Under the pieces are notes generated by a model. It did no database searches and had not been told where the DNA came from. It worked only from the letters and a program-made list of their open reading frames with translations. Below, in pieces: positions 25,343-34,165 of a DNA stretch of 38,449 nt. Location: the NCBI GenBank assembly GCA_965612865.1, contig CBFDTJ010000006.1, positions 1 to 38,449 on the forward strand. The letters run 5' to 3'. The stretch is from an uncultured bacterium (lineage in GTDB: Bacteria; Caldisericota; Caldisericia; B22-G15). The translations under genes and the position numbers were made by a program. Numbering within the stretch: the stretch's first letter is position 1; each line of letters starts with the position of its first letter.

Positions 25343-26224
25343 ATGAAGTTTAATCTCTTTAAAAGAAAGAGAGAGAAATTTGCCCTTACACTGATGGGTG
25401 GTGGTGCAAGGGGACTATCACACATAGGGGTACTTGATGTACTTGAAGAGAATGGGTTAATTCCAGATATAATAACTGGTACATCCATGGGAGCTATTGT
25501 TGGAGGATTGTATGCTTCCGGTCTATCCCCTAAAAAGATGGAGAAGTTGGCTTTCAGCCTTGATTTAAGAAATTTTATAAATGCACCAAAAATACCAATA
25601 ATATCCAATAGATTAAAAAAAGTGTCTGACTATCTTATATATGAAATATACCTTAGTCTTCTTTCAAGAAAGAGAAGTCTATCAGAGAAAGATACGGTGG
25701 AAGAATTCCTTAAAGACCTTGTGGGAGATATAAAAATTGAAGACCTCAAAATAAAATTTGCATGCAATGCAGTTGATTTGGTCTCTGGAAAAGAGGTTGT
25801 TTTTGATAAAGGATGTCTCTATAAAGCGATGAGAGCATCTATGTCTCTCCCCATCATATTTGAACCAGTAAAAATAGACGATATGGTTCTTGTAGATGGT
25901 GGAGCGTTAAATAATGCCCCAGTAGATATAGCAAAAAAACTTGGAGCAGAGAAAACTGTTCTTGTGGATATTCATATTCCACCTAAAAGGGTTGAGGCAG
26001 AGAAACTTTCAAATACTTTTTTGATACTGGAAAGAATATTAGATTCCATTTCATACTATCTCCTTGAGGAAAAGATAAAACATGCAGATTTTATAATAAG
26101 AATTCCTCTAAATATTGATACACTTGATTTTTCAGAGCCTCTCTCCATAATAGAGAGAGGTAGAGAGGAGACAAGGAAGATAATGCCCGAGCTAAAGAAG
26201 TTTTTAGGGCTTCATTTTAGATAA
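25343..26224 (+). CDS. Patatin-like phospholipase (RssA/NTE family)
   Basis: GGGARG oxyanion loop, GTSMG nucleophile, ASMSLP, DGG catalytic Asp. Confidence 0.92.
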   Translation: MKFNLFKRKREKFALTLMGGGARGLSHIGVLDVLEENGLIPDIITGTSMGAIVGGLYASGLSPKKMEKLAFSLDLRNFINAPKIPIISNRLKKVSDYLIYEIYLSLLSRKRSLSEKDTVEEFLKDLVGDIKIEDLKIKFACNAVDLVSGKEVVFDKGCLYKAMRASMSLPIIFEPVKIDDMVLVDGGALNNAPVDIAKKLGAEKTVLVDIHIPPKRVEAEKLSNTFLILERILDSISYYLLEEKIKHADFIIRIPLNIDTLDFSEPLSIIERGREETRKIMPELKKFLGLHFR

Positions 26225-28933
26225 GATATTTATTATCTCCTGTATCTTTTCCAGCATCTTTCCAGCCTCGGCAAACTTCCCTTCTCTTGTGAGTTCCTTA
26301 TAATCATTCATATACTCAATCAGTGAATTTATGAGTTCCTGAATATTTTTCTCCTTCTCTCCCCTGGGTTTAAAGGAGACAAGGGAATCTAAAGCTTCAT
26401 AAAGGGAATCACCCCATGACACCTTTTCAGTACTTGCTGTTATTACCTTCTTTAATTGTGGAATTTTTCCTTCTGTTGCCTGAAGATAGAGAGGTTCCAC
26501 ATATAAAAGAGCATCATCAATGAGAAGAAGTATAGTGTTTCCTCTTATAACCTGTGATCCTTGTTGATTCCACAAAGTTAGTGTTTTTGATATATCAGTA
26601 TTTTGATCTATCCTTGCCTCTATCTGAAGTGGCCCATATATAACCGTCTCCTTGGAAAATCTATAAATTACAGTCTCACCATAATTAGGCTCATCACATC
26701 TTCCAACAAATAGAGCAATCAGATTACTCTTTCCAAGAGGTGTCATCGGCAGAATGTTTACAAACTCCTCCTTCCCCTCTATCTTCATGATAACAAAATA
26801 TGGTTGCATTTCCTGTATTCCAGTTTTATATTTCTCCTTTGCCTTCTCCCACCTATCCTCTCTGTTGTAGAAGACCTGGACATCTGTCATATGATAATCC
26901 CTATACATGAATGATTGCACTTCAACAAGATCGTCTGGAAACCTCATGTGTGCCTTGAGATCTTCACTCATCCTTTCCTGTGGCACAAACAGATCTGGAT
27001 ATATTTTCATATATGTCCTAATAATTGGATCCTCATCATCTATAACATAGAATTTCACCTTCCCATTGTATGCATTAACAGTAAATTTTACAGAGTTTCT
27101 TATGTAATTAAACCTTATATCGCCCAACCTTACATGTTCAGAGTATGGATAAAAGGATGAAATTGTAAAGCCATCTCCCATCCACATAAGATTTCCATCC
27201 TTATCTATAAATATATAAGGGTCATAACCAAAGAGTAAGAATGGGGCAATCTTATCAACTCTCTGAATAACATTTCTATACATCATTATTCTTGAATCCT
27301 TGTTAAGATACCTTGAAAGAAGGATATTCATATCATTAAATTTTGAGGCGAGCATGATTCGCTTTAATAATCCTCCCACTTCGATTCCACCTTCTCCTTC
27401 ATACCTTGTATAAACATTCTCATTGCCTCTTGGGTAATCAAACTCATCTGTAGATGTCTTAACAAAAACATAGTTGTCTGTTAGCTCTCCATAGTAAATC
27501 TCTGGCCTTTTTATACTAACCCCTTCAACTTCAACTCTTGGCGGTATATCCTTTATCCATAAAACTGGAAGCCCTTCCTCAGTAAATTCGTTGACGGGAT
27601 TCATACAAACTCCATAACCATGAGTGTATTTCAAATGTAGATTAACCCAGCTCTTTGAGCCCTCTGGGAGCAAATTCTGATCAAGCTCCCTTGCAGAAAG
27701 CATAACTTCCCTTAAATTACCATTTATATTGTATCTATCCACATCAACATCAATAAATCTGTAGTATGGTCTTATACCCTGGATCTCCTTGTATGTATCA
27801 ATAAGAGCTCTCCAATCCCATAGTCTCGCACTGTCTATCACTTCAGCGTTATTCTTTATTATCTCCTCGGTAAGAGGAGAGAGCGATGAAATAAAGACAT
27901 TATTAATTTTGTCAAGGCCATATGCTCTTCTTGTAAATTCAATATTGTAAGATAGGAACTCTGATTCCTTTGCAAGTTCGTTTGGTTCAACTATTACTCT
28001 CTGGTAAATACCAGGAAGCACTCCATATAGAACAAGAATCAATACAAACAAAACAACAATAGACAGAAGGAGTTTCCTCTGGGGTCTGAATTTACCAAGA
28101 TTTGATGAATAGATAAATAAAAGTATGGAGAGAAGCAGAAGAAGAGATATCAAAACATAGTAAATGGGAATTCTCACATGCAAGTCTGTAAATCCAATCC
28201 CATAAACAGTACCCCTTTTAGATATCATCATGTTAAAAATGGAAAAATAGGTCTTAACACTGATAACAAGGAATAAAACCCCAAAGAGATAGGCAAACCT
28301 TCTATACATTTCATCCTTTGTTAATCTTATGGAAAGAATGAATCGTGCTTTTGACATAATAATGCTATAGAAGAGATAAAGGAAGATAACAAAAACTGAA
28401 AGAGATATTAGAAAATTAAGCACATTTAGCACAAAAGGAAGGGTAAAAAGATAAAAGGAAAGATCTTTATTAAAAACAGGAGTTTTTATACCCACAGGTG
28501 TCCTGTATAAGAAAAGAAGCAATTTATTATAATCAAGGGAATTTGTCAGGGAGAAGAAGAAGGATACAGTAACTATACTAACATAGAAAGAAAGTTTAAA
28601 TATCTTCCTCTGTTTTTTTGTCTCAGGAGTCTCGAAAGGTGTTTTGATAAATTTGAACCTCATTGCAAGATATGTAAAGAGGAGTGTTACAAGAAAAGAA
28701 ATTGCAAAAGTTAGAATTATAAACAAAAGTCTTCTCTTAAATGTAACGGCAAAGCCCAAACTTTTAAACCACTGATAGTCAACAAATAAGCTGGAAAATA
28801 CATAGATAAAGATTACAAAACTCACTGGAATTATCATAAAAAGAAAAAGTGGAAGAGAGAATTTACCTTCCCTTTTATAAGTGATTATGAATGGTAAAGA
28901 AAATATCAACGCAACCAAAATTATTAAAAACAT
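26204..28933 (-). CDS. UPF0182 family membrane protein
   Basis: Multiple N-terminal TM helices, WFKSLGF, DLSFYLFTLP, VEPNELAKE, RLWD, DVDRY, YTHGYG, NYIRNSVK, LYVEPLY. Confidence 0.93.
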   Translation of the reverse strand: MFLIILVALIFSLPFIITYKREGKFSLPLFLFMIIPVSFVIFIYVFSSLFVDYQWFKSLGFAVTFKRRLLFIILTFAISFLVTLLFTYLAMRFKFIKTPFETPETKKQRKIFKLSFYVSIVTVSFFFSLTNSLDYNKLLLFLYRTPVGIKTPVFNKDLSFYLFTLPFVLNVLNFLISLSVFVIFLYLFYSIIMSKARFILSIRLTKDEMYRRFAYLFGVLFLVISVKTYFSIFNMMISKRGTVYGIGFTDLHVRIPIYYVLISLLLLLSILLFIYSSNLGKFRPQRKLLLSIVVLFVLILVLYGVLPGIYQRVIVEPNELAKESEFLSYNIEFTRRAYGLDKINNVFISSLSPLTEEIIKNNAEVIDSARLWDWRALIDTYKEIQGIRPYYRFIDVDVDRYNINGNLREVMLSARELDQNLLPEGSKSWVNLHLKYTHGYGVCMNPVNEFTEEGLPVLWIKDIPPRVEVEGVSIKRPEIYYGELTDNYVFVKTSTDEFDYPRGNENVYTRYEGEGGIEVGGLLKRIMLASKFNDMNILLSRYLNKDSRIMMYRNVIQRVDKIAPFLLFGYDPYIFIDKDGNLMWMGDGFTISSFYPYSEHVRLGDIRFNYIRNSVKFTVNAYNGKVKFYVIDDEDPIIRTYMKIYPDLFVPQERMSEDLKAHMRFPDDLVEVQSFMYRDYHMTDVQVFYNREDRWEKAKEKYKTGIQEMQPYFVIMKIEGKEEFVNILPMTPLGKSNLIALFVGRCDEPNYGETVIYRFSKETVIYGPLQIEARIDQNTDISKTLTLWNQQGSQVIRGNTILLLIDDALLYVEPLYLQATEGKIPQLKKVITASTEKVSWGDSLYEALDSLVSFKPRGEKEKNIQELINSLIEYMNDYKELTREGKFAEAGKMLEKIQEIINILSKMKP

Positions 28934-30525
28934 TATGTTTCCCTCCTTTTTCTATAATATAGAAACTCATCTACTCTTTTAAGAGCTAACTTCACTCCCT
29001 CACTCTCCTCATTAACATCTCCCACATCATCAGGGAAAACAAGGTGTCCAAAGGAAAAATCAAAGGATAACTCCTCTATGTATGTTTTGAATTCTTTGTT
29101 AAATTTATCTCTAATCCTTTTTGAGATTTTCTCCATCGCCATTTTATCATCTCCTGGAATAAACACTATAAATTCGTCACCTCCATACCTGAAGACAAGA
29201 TCTGTCTTCCTCACGGATTCTTTAAGTATCTCTGCAAATTTTTTCAACACTCTATCGCCTTCAGGATGACCAAAGGCATCATTTATACTCTTAAATTCAT
29301 CTAAATCTATCATCATAAGCTGAAAGGAAGATTTGTATCTCATGGCTTTAGATATCTCATAACTTAATATTCTTTCCAGCTCTCGTCTGTTATACAGACC
29401 TGTAAGATAGTCTTTAATAGCAAGCTCTTCTGCCTCTTTCTTTAAAGCATCAAGCCTTTCAAACAAGGAATGCTTCTCCATTACTACCTCTGCAAATCTT
29501 GCAAGAGTTTCAGCTATTCTTATGTCTGATTGAGTAAATTTGTTTGGCTTCCATGAATCTATATTAATAATTGCTACCACATTATCTCCAATTATTATTG
29601 GAACACCTATGTATGACCTAACTGGTGATTTAGATTCTCTTATCCATGCAGGTACTTCTCTTGTATCAGGATAGTATAGTGTTTTTTTGGTTTCCTCTAT
29701 CTCTCTTATATTTGCTGGTAAAGATGACCTCATTTCTTCCTCAACCTTTTTTACAACATCATCTTCTATTTTCTCCCAAAGAATAAATCTCCACTCTCCA
29801 TTCTCTTTTACCATTATTGATGCACTGTCAGCACCTGTAATTCTAACAGCTGTTTTTATCAATTCCTTTAATATTTTATCCCTATCTCCAATCCCCCTTG
29901 TTAAAAAAATTGTTGATTCTACAAGGAGCTCCATCTTTCTCTCCGTTCTTGTAAAGAAGCTGATACTTTTATCAAGTAGCAGGGTGTAGAGAATCATGTA
30001 TCCAGCTATAGGTAAACATCTTAAGGAAACAAGCCTTGGATTGTAGATAAAATCAGGTGGATAAATATGAGAAGAGTAGAAGTGGGGAATTACACCAAAG
30101 GTTTCTGAAAATATCTCCCCAAGATAAAGTAGGATATAGGAAAATAAAATATAGTAGAGGGATTTTCTCAAGCCAAAGAATGAAAATAGAAGTAGATAGA
30201 GAAAGTATAGAATAAAAGTGATACTCTCAATTCCTCCTGAAACATAAAGTATTGTTGTAACAAAAAGACCATCAAGTATAAAACTTATGATAAGGAAAGT
30301 GTAATAGTTTTCTCTCTTCAATTTCAAAAAGATGAAATAGGAGAGTGCAAGAAGCAGAAAATAAGAAAGTGAAGCAAAGATGTATGCCCTTGGTGAGATA
30401 ATCTGAATTTTATCAAAAAAATTTAAAAGTCCTGTAAATAGAAACAAAAGGGCAATTAAGATCTTTATTTTCAAAATCTCAATTCCTCTTAAATAGAGTT
30501 CACTTAACAAAAAGGTATCTTTCAT
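28933..30525 (-). CDS. Membrane GAF-GGDEF diguanylate cyclase
   Basis: About 5-6 TM helices, GAF (SYIGVPI), DYLTGLYNRR, DLDEFKSINDAFGH..GD, RKTD I-site, intact GGDEF. Confidence 0.9.
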   Translation of the reverse strand: MKDTFLLSELYLRGIEILKIKILIALLFLFTGLLNFFDKIQIISPRAYIFASLSYFLLLALSYFIFLKLKRENYYTFLIISFILDGLFVTTILYVSGGIESITFILYFLYLLLFSFFGLRKSLYYILFSYILLYLGEIFSETFGVIPHFYSSHIYPPDFIYNPRLVSLRCLPIAGYMILYTLLLDKSISFFTRTERKMELLVESTIFLTRGIGDRDKILKELIKTAVRITGADSASIMVKENGEWRFILWEKIEDDVVKKVEEEMRSSLPANIREIEETKKTLYYPDTREVPAWIRESKSPVRSYIGVPIIIGDNVVAIINIDSWKPNKFTQSDIRIAETLARFAEVVMEKHSLFERLDALKKEAEELAIKDYLTGLYNRRELERILSYEISKAMRYKSSFQLMMIDLDEFKSINDAFGHPEGDRVLKKFAEILKESVRKTDLVFRYGGDEFIVFIPGDDKMAMEKISKRIRDKFNKEFKTYIEELSFDFSFGHLVFPDDVGDVNEESEGVKLALKRVDEFLYYRKRRET

Positions 30526-30534
30526 ATCTTAATT

Positions 30535-30903
30535 TTAGAAAACCCCAAGTTTTCTAAGTTCCTCCTCGTTAAGCCCGAAGTAATGACCAACTTCATGATA
30601 CAAAACATTCTTTATCTTTTCAACTAAAGGGATGTTTTCCATCTTTGCTGCCTCTTCTATCTCTTTCATAAAAAGTATAATTCTATCAGGAAGTACACCA
30701 TTATAACCCAAACCTCTTTTAGTTAGAGGAATACCCTGATAAAGTCCAAGGAGTCTACCACCCCTCACTCCTACCTCTTTTAAAAGAGACATAGAGGGCC
30801 TTTCTTCAAGCACTATGCTAACGTTCTTCATATCGTTTTTAAAACGCTCCGGAAGTCTATCTATTAATTCTAAAACTATCCTCTCAAATTCTTTTCTTTC
30901 CAC
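30535..30903 (-). CDS. Minimal zincin-like metallopeptidase (Zincin_1/DUF1025)
   Basis: LLGLYQGIPL, PDRIILF, HEVGHYFG. Confidence 0.85.
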   Translation of the reverse strand: MERKEFERIVLELIDRLPERFKNDMKNVSIVLEERPSMSLLKEVGVRGGRLLGLYQGIPLTKRGLGYNGVLPDRIILFMKEIEEAAKMENIPLVEKIKNVLYHEVGHYFGLNEEELRKLGVF

Positions 30904-30931
30904 AACCCAATTATATGATAAAATTCTTTAT
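30904..30931. promoter_or_regulatory. 28-bp bidirectional promoter with back-to-back -10 elements for two leaderless genes
   Basis: Minus: TATAAT (30915-30910), 6 nt, GTG 30903. Plus: TGaTAAAAT (30916-30924), 7 nt, ATG 30932. No SD on either side. Confidence 0.7.
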
Positions 30932-31633
30932 ATGAATATATTGAGAGGAGATTTAAAGGATTTCTCATTTTATGACATTCTTACGTTGATAAAGAATATC
31001 CAAAAATCTGGAGTTCTAATTATTGAATCTCAGGGAGAGGAATTTGGAAGAATATACTTTGATCATGGCGAGGTAATACATGCTTCAGTTAAAAACTCTC
31101 CTATTCTAATTGGAAGTTTATTGGTAAAACATCAAAAGATAGATGAAGAAGAGCTTGAGAGAATACTAAATGAAAATACAGGAGGAAAACTTGGAGAGAA
31201 GCTTGTAAAGTCTGGAGCAATAGAGAAGGAGGAACTAAAGAAATTTCTGAAACTCCAGCTGGTGGAAAGATGCTTACACCTCTTTCTCATAAAGGATGGT
31301 GGCTTTAAATTTATACCTAACGAGAAACCAAAGGAAATAAATATAAAGATGAGCGTTGATGAGCTCATGCTCGAATTAACGAGAAAATATGATGAATTAA
31401 TGGAAATAAGGAAAGTTATACCAAATGATAATATTGTCCTTAAGGTAAATCCAGAACCAAACGTGGATAGTATGACATTCTCAAAAGATGAGTGGGAAAT
31501 AGTATTTATGTGCGATGGAGAAAAAACAGCAGGAGAAATAGCCTGGTCATCAAAGCTTGGTTACTTTGAAGCATTAAGAACCATGAGAGATCTCGTTCTC
31601 TCTGGCCTTCTGTTAAAGGAGGAAGAAAAATGA
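30932..31633 (+). CDS. DUF4388 (PatA-N-like) protein with tandem MshEN-like motifs and a C-terminal wHTH-like segment (start ATG 30932)
   Basis: LRGDLKDFSFYDILTLI...KSGVL...GRIYFDHGEVIHA, GGFKF, ELMLE; KLGEKLVKSGAIEKEELKKFLKLQ. Confidence 0.8.
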   Translation: MNILRGDLKDFSFYDILTLIKNIQKSGVLIIESQGEEFGRIYFDHGEVIHASVKNSPILIGSLLVKHQKIDEEELERILNENTGGKLGEKLVKSGAIEKEELKKFLKLQLVERCLHLFLIKDGGFKFIPNEKPKEINIKMSVDELMLELTRKYDELMEIRKVIPNDNIVLKVNPEPNVDSMTFSKDEWEIVFMCDGEKTAGEIAWSSKLGYFEALRTMRDLVLSGLLLKEEEK

Positions 31634-32955
31634 AGATTTTAAATAATGTTTCCATCTTTACTGGAGGAGAAAACCCAAAATTTTTTAATAATGGAATTTT
31701 GGTGTGGGATGAGGAAAAAATAGTTTATGCAGGAGAGGATAGTAAAGAATATAAAGGTGAATTTATAGATGGGAAGGGAAAACTCTTAATGCCAGGTCTT
31801 ATAGTTGCACACGATCATCTCTACTCGGCTCTTGCAAGAGGTATACCTTTAAAAGATTACCACCCTGAAAATTTCTTGGATATACTTAAAAATCTATGGT
31901 GGAAACTGGATCTAGCTCTGGACAGGGAATCAATCTACTACTCTGCACTTGTAGGGATAATCGATGCCATAAGAAAAGGAACAACCACCATAATAGATCA
32001 CCATGCAAGTTTTGGATACATCTCTGGGAGTCTGGATGAATTGGAGAGAGTAAGTATTGAAACCGGAATCAGGCTTTCCACATGTTTTGAAGTCTCGGAT
32101 AGATGGGGAGAGACCAAAGCAAAGGAAAGCATAAAGGAAAATATAAGATTCATTGAAAAATTGAGGAAAGAAAAGAACTCTCTTATATCACCAACATTTG
32201 GAATGCATGCTCAGTTTACAATAAGTGAAAAAACCATGAAAGAGTGCGCAGAGGCAGGGAAAGACCTTGATGTGGGATTTCATATCCATGTTGCAGAAGA
32301 TATAGCTGATAGGGAAGACTCCATTGAAAAATACAGACTGGGGGTCGTTGAAAGACTCTTAAAGGAGAATATACTTGGCAAAAAAACTCTTGCGATTCAT
32401 GCCATTCATATTGATGAAAAGGAAAAGGATATCATAAAGGAAACTGAGACTATGGTTATACATAATCCTGAGTCAAATATGAACAATGCAGTGGGAGTAT
32501 CTGATGTTATAGGAATGATGAACAGAGGAATCCTTCTGGGTCTTGGAACAGATGGTTTCACTCAAAACATGTGGAGAGAGACTCAGGTTGCAACCATACT
32601 GCACAAGTTAAACAAAAAGGATCCAAATGTTGGATTTTCGGAATCCTACAGAATGCTATTTGTAAATAACCCAAAAATAGCTGAAAGAATCTTTAATAGA
32701 AAAATTGGAGTAATAGAGGAAGGTGCTGTTCCTGACTTCATTATGCTATCTTATATACCTCCAACACCTCTAAATGAAAATAATTTCTTTGGCCATTTTC
32801 TCTTTGGATTATCTCCAGATTTTGTTGAAGATGTGGTAATAAATGGAAAATTTGTTATGAAGGATAGAGAAATTTTAACTGTAGACGCAGAAAGAATAGA
32901 AAGGGAAAGTGAGAAAGTGACCAAGAACCTATGGGAAAGATTCACTTCCACCTAA
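31630..32955 (+). CDS. ssnA: SsnA-like amidohydrolase/deaminase
   Basis: MPGLIVAHDHLYSALARG, LWWKLD, GTTTIIDHHAS, HIHVAED, HNPESNMNNAVG, GLGTDG, GHFLFG. Confidence 0.82.
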   Translation: MKILNNVSIFTGGENPKFFNNGILVWDEEKIVYAGEDSKEYKGEFIDGKGKLLMPGLIVAHDHLYSALARGIPLKDYHPENFLDILKNLWWKLDLALDRESIYYSALVGIIDAIRKGTTTIIDHHASFGYISGSLDELERVSIETGIRLSTCFEVSDRWGETKAKESIKENIRFIEKLRKEKNSLISPTFGMHAQFTISEKTMKECAEAGKDLDVGFHIHVAEDIADREDSIEKYRLGVVERLLKENILGKKTLAIHAIHIDEKEKDIIKETETMVIHNPESNMNNAVGVSDVIGMMNRGILLGLGTDGFTQNMWRETQVATILHKLNKKDPNVGFSESYRMLFVNNPKIAERIFNRKIGVIEEGAVPDFIMLSYIPPTPLNENNFFGHFLFGLSPDFVEDVVINGKFVMKDREILTVDAERIERESEKVTKNLWERFTST

Positions 32956-32956
32956 T

Positions 32957-34165
32957 ATGACCCTGTTAAAACTCGGAATAACATTCTTTATCATAATCTT
33001 TTTAATAACAAGGAAGGTGGGCCCAGGTATAAGTTTACTTATTGGTGGGATATTCCTGGGTTTTATTTATCCAATTCCATTTAAAGAGGTTCTAAACTAT
33101 TTGCTTATAACATCTATCTCTAAAGATACTCTTAGACTTACCATAATGCTGTGTATGATATACTTCTTTGCCAATCTTCTCCAGGACAAAAAAATTCTTA
33201 CAAAGATGATAAAAAATCTTGACTCCTTTATACCCAATAGAAAGATTGTCATTTTTCTTTCTGCTTCACTTGTGGGTCTCATACCTATGCCTGGTGGTGC
33301 TTTATTCTCCGCCCCTCTCGTGGAGGAATCAACAAAAGAGATGGTGGCGACAAACGAGAGAAGAGCCTATTTAAATTACTGGTTCAGACATGTGTGGGAA
33401 GGTGTATTCCCACTCTATCCTGCTCTCATACTTATATCCATATTTTTAAAAATACCAATCAGAACAGTCTTATTGGCACATTTTATACTTCCGATACTTC
33501 AAATATCTGCTGGATGGCTTATAGGTTATAGAGGTGTGAAGCTTGAGAACATAAAGAGAGAAGAGGGAGGTTTTTATGAATTCCTGAAATATTTCTCTCC
33601 AATACTCCTTATAATACTCCTCTCCACAGTAGTTTCGCTTGATGTGGTATATGCAATATTTATAACTACAATTCTTAGCCTCATATTTTTAAAACCAAAA
33701 TCTAAAGAGATTAAGGAATATTTCTTAAAATCTTTTAAGTTGGAGAACTACCTTCTACCATTGGGAATATTCTTCTTTAAAAACCTCATGAATTCAGGAA
33801 TAGCAAACAGGGTATCTGTTGAGCTAACCTCCCTTCATGTTAGTCCGCTAATCCTACTCTTCTTCCTTCCATTTATAGTAACTTTTGTCACAGGTATCAC
33901 ATCTACATCTGTTGGTGTCTCTTATCCATTGATAGAGAGTTTCTTATTTATAAATGGAAAGCTCTCCCTTTCATTGATGGGACTCGCATTTACAGGTGCA
34001 GTAGCTGGCGTTCTCCTGTCTCCCCTTCATCTATGCTTGATAGTAACTGTGAGGTATTTTAAGGCAAAATTTGGTAAAGTTTATTCCTTTATTATCCCTT
34101 CTGTGATTTTTGTATCACTGGCATCTATTCTTCTGTATTTACTGCTTCTTAAATTCCACTTTTAA
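32957..34165 (+). CDS. DUF401 family membrane protein (putative transporter)
   Basis: Many TM helices; GLIPMPGGALFSAPLV, NYWFRHVWE..FPLYP, LLSPLHLCL. Confidence 0.82.
   Translation: MTLLKLGITFFIIIFLITRKVGPGISLLIGGIFLGFIYPIPFKEVLNYLLITSISKDTLRLTIMLCMIYFFANLLQDKKILTKMIKNLDSFIPNRKIVIFLSASLVGLIPMPGGALFSAPLVEESTKEMVATNERRAYLNYWFRHVWEGVFPLYPALILISIFLKIPIRTVLLAHFILPILQISAGWLIGYRGVKLENIKREEGGFYEFLKYFSPILLIILLSTVVSLDVVYAIFITTILSLIFLKPKSKEIKEYFLKSFKLENYLLPLGIFFFKNLMNSGIANRVSVELTSLHVSPLILLFFLPFIVTFVTGITSTSVGVSYPLIESFLFINGKLSLSLMGLAFTGAVAGVLLSPLHLCLIVTVRYFKAKFGKVYSFIIPSVIFVSLASILLYLLLLKFHF

Noticed and set aside
25261..25608. 116-aa N-terminal extension of FtcD in the ORF track
   Set aside because: It is antisense to the patatin gene; the family N-terminus and SD place the start at 25260.
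30815..30931. 39-aa N-terminal extension of the DUF4388 ORF
   Set aside because: It overlaps the zincin gene antisense; the domain begins at ATG 30932 with a promoter directly upstream.
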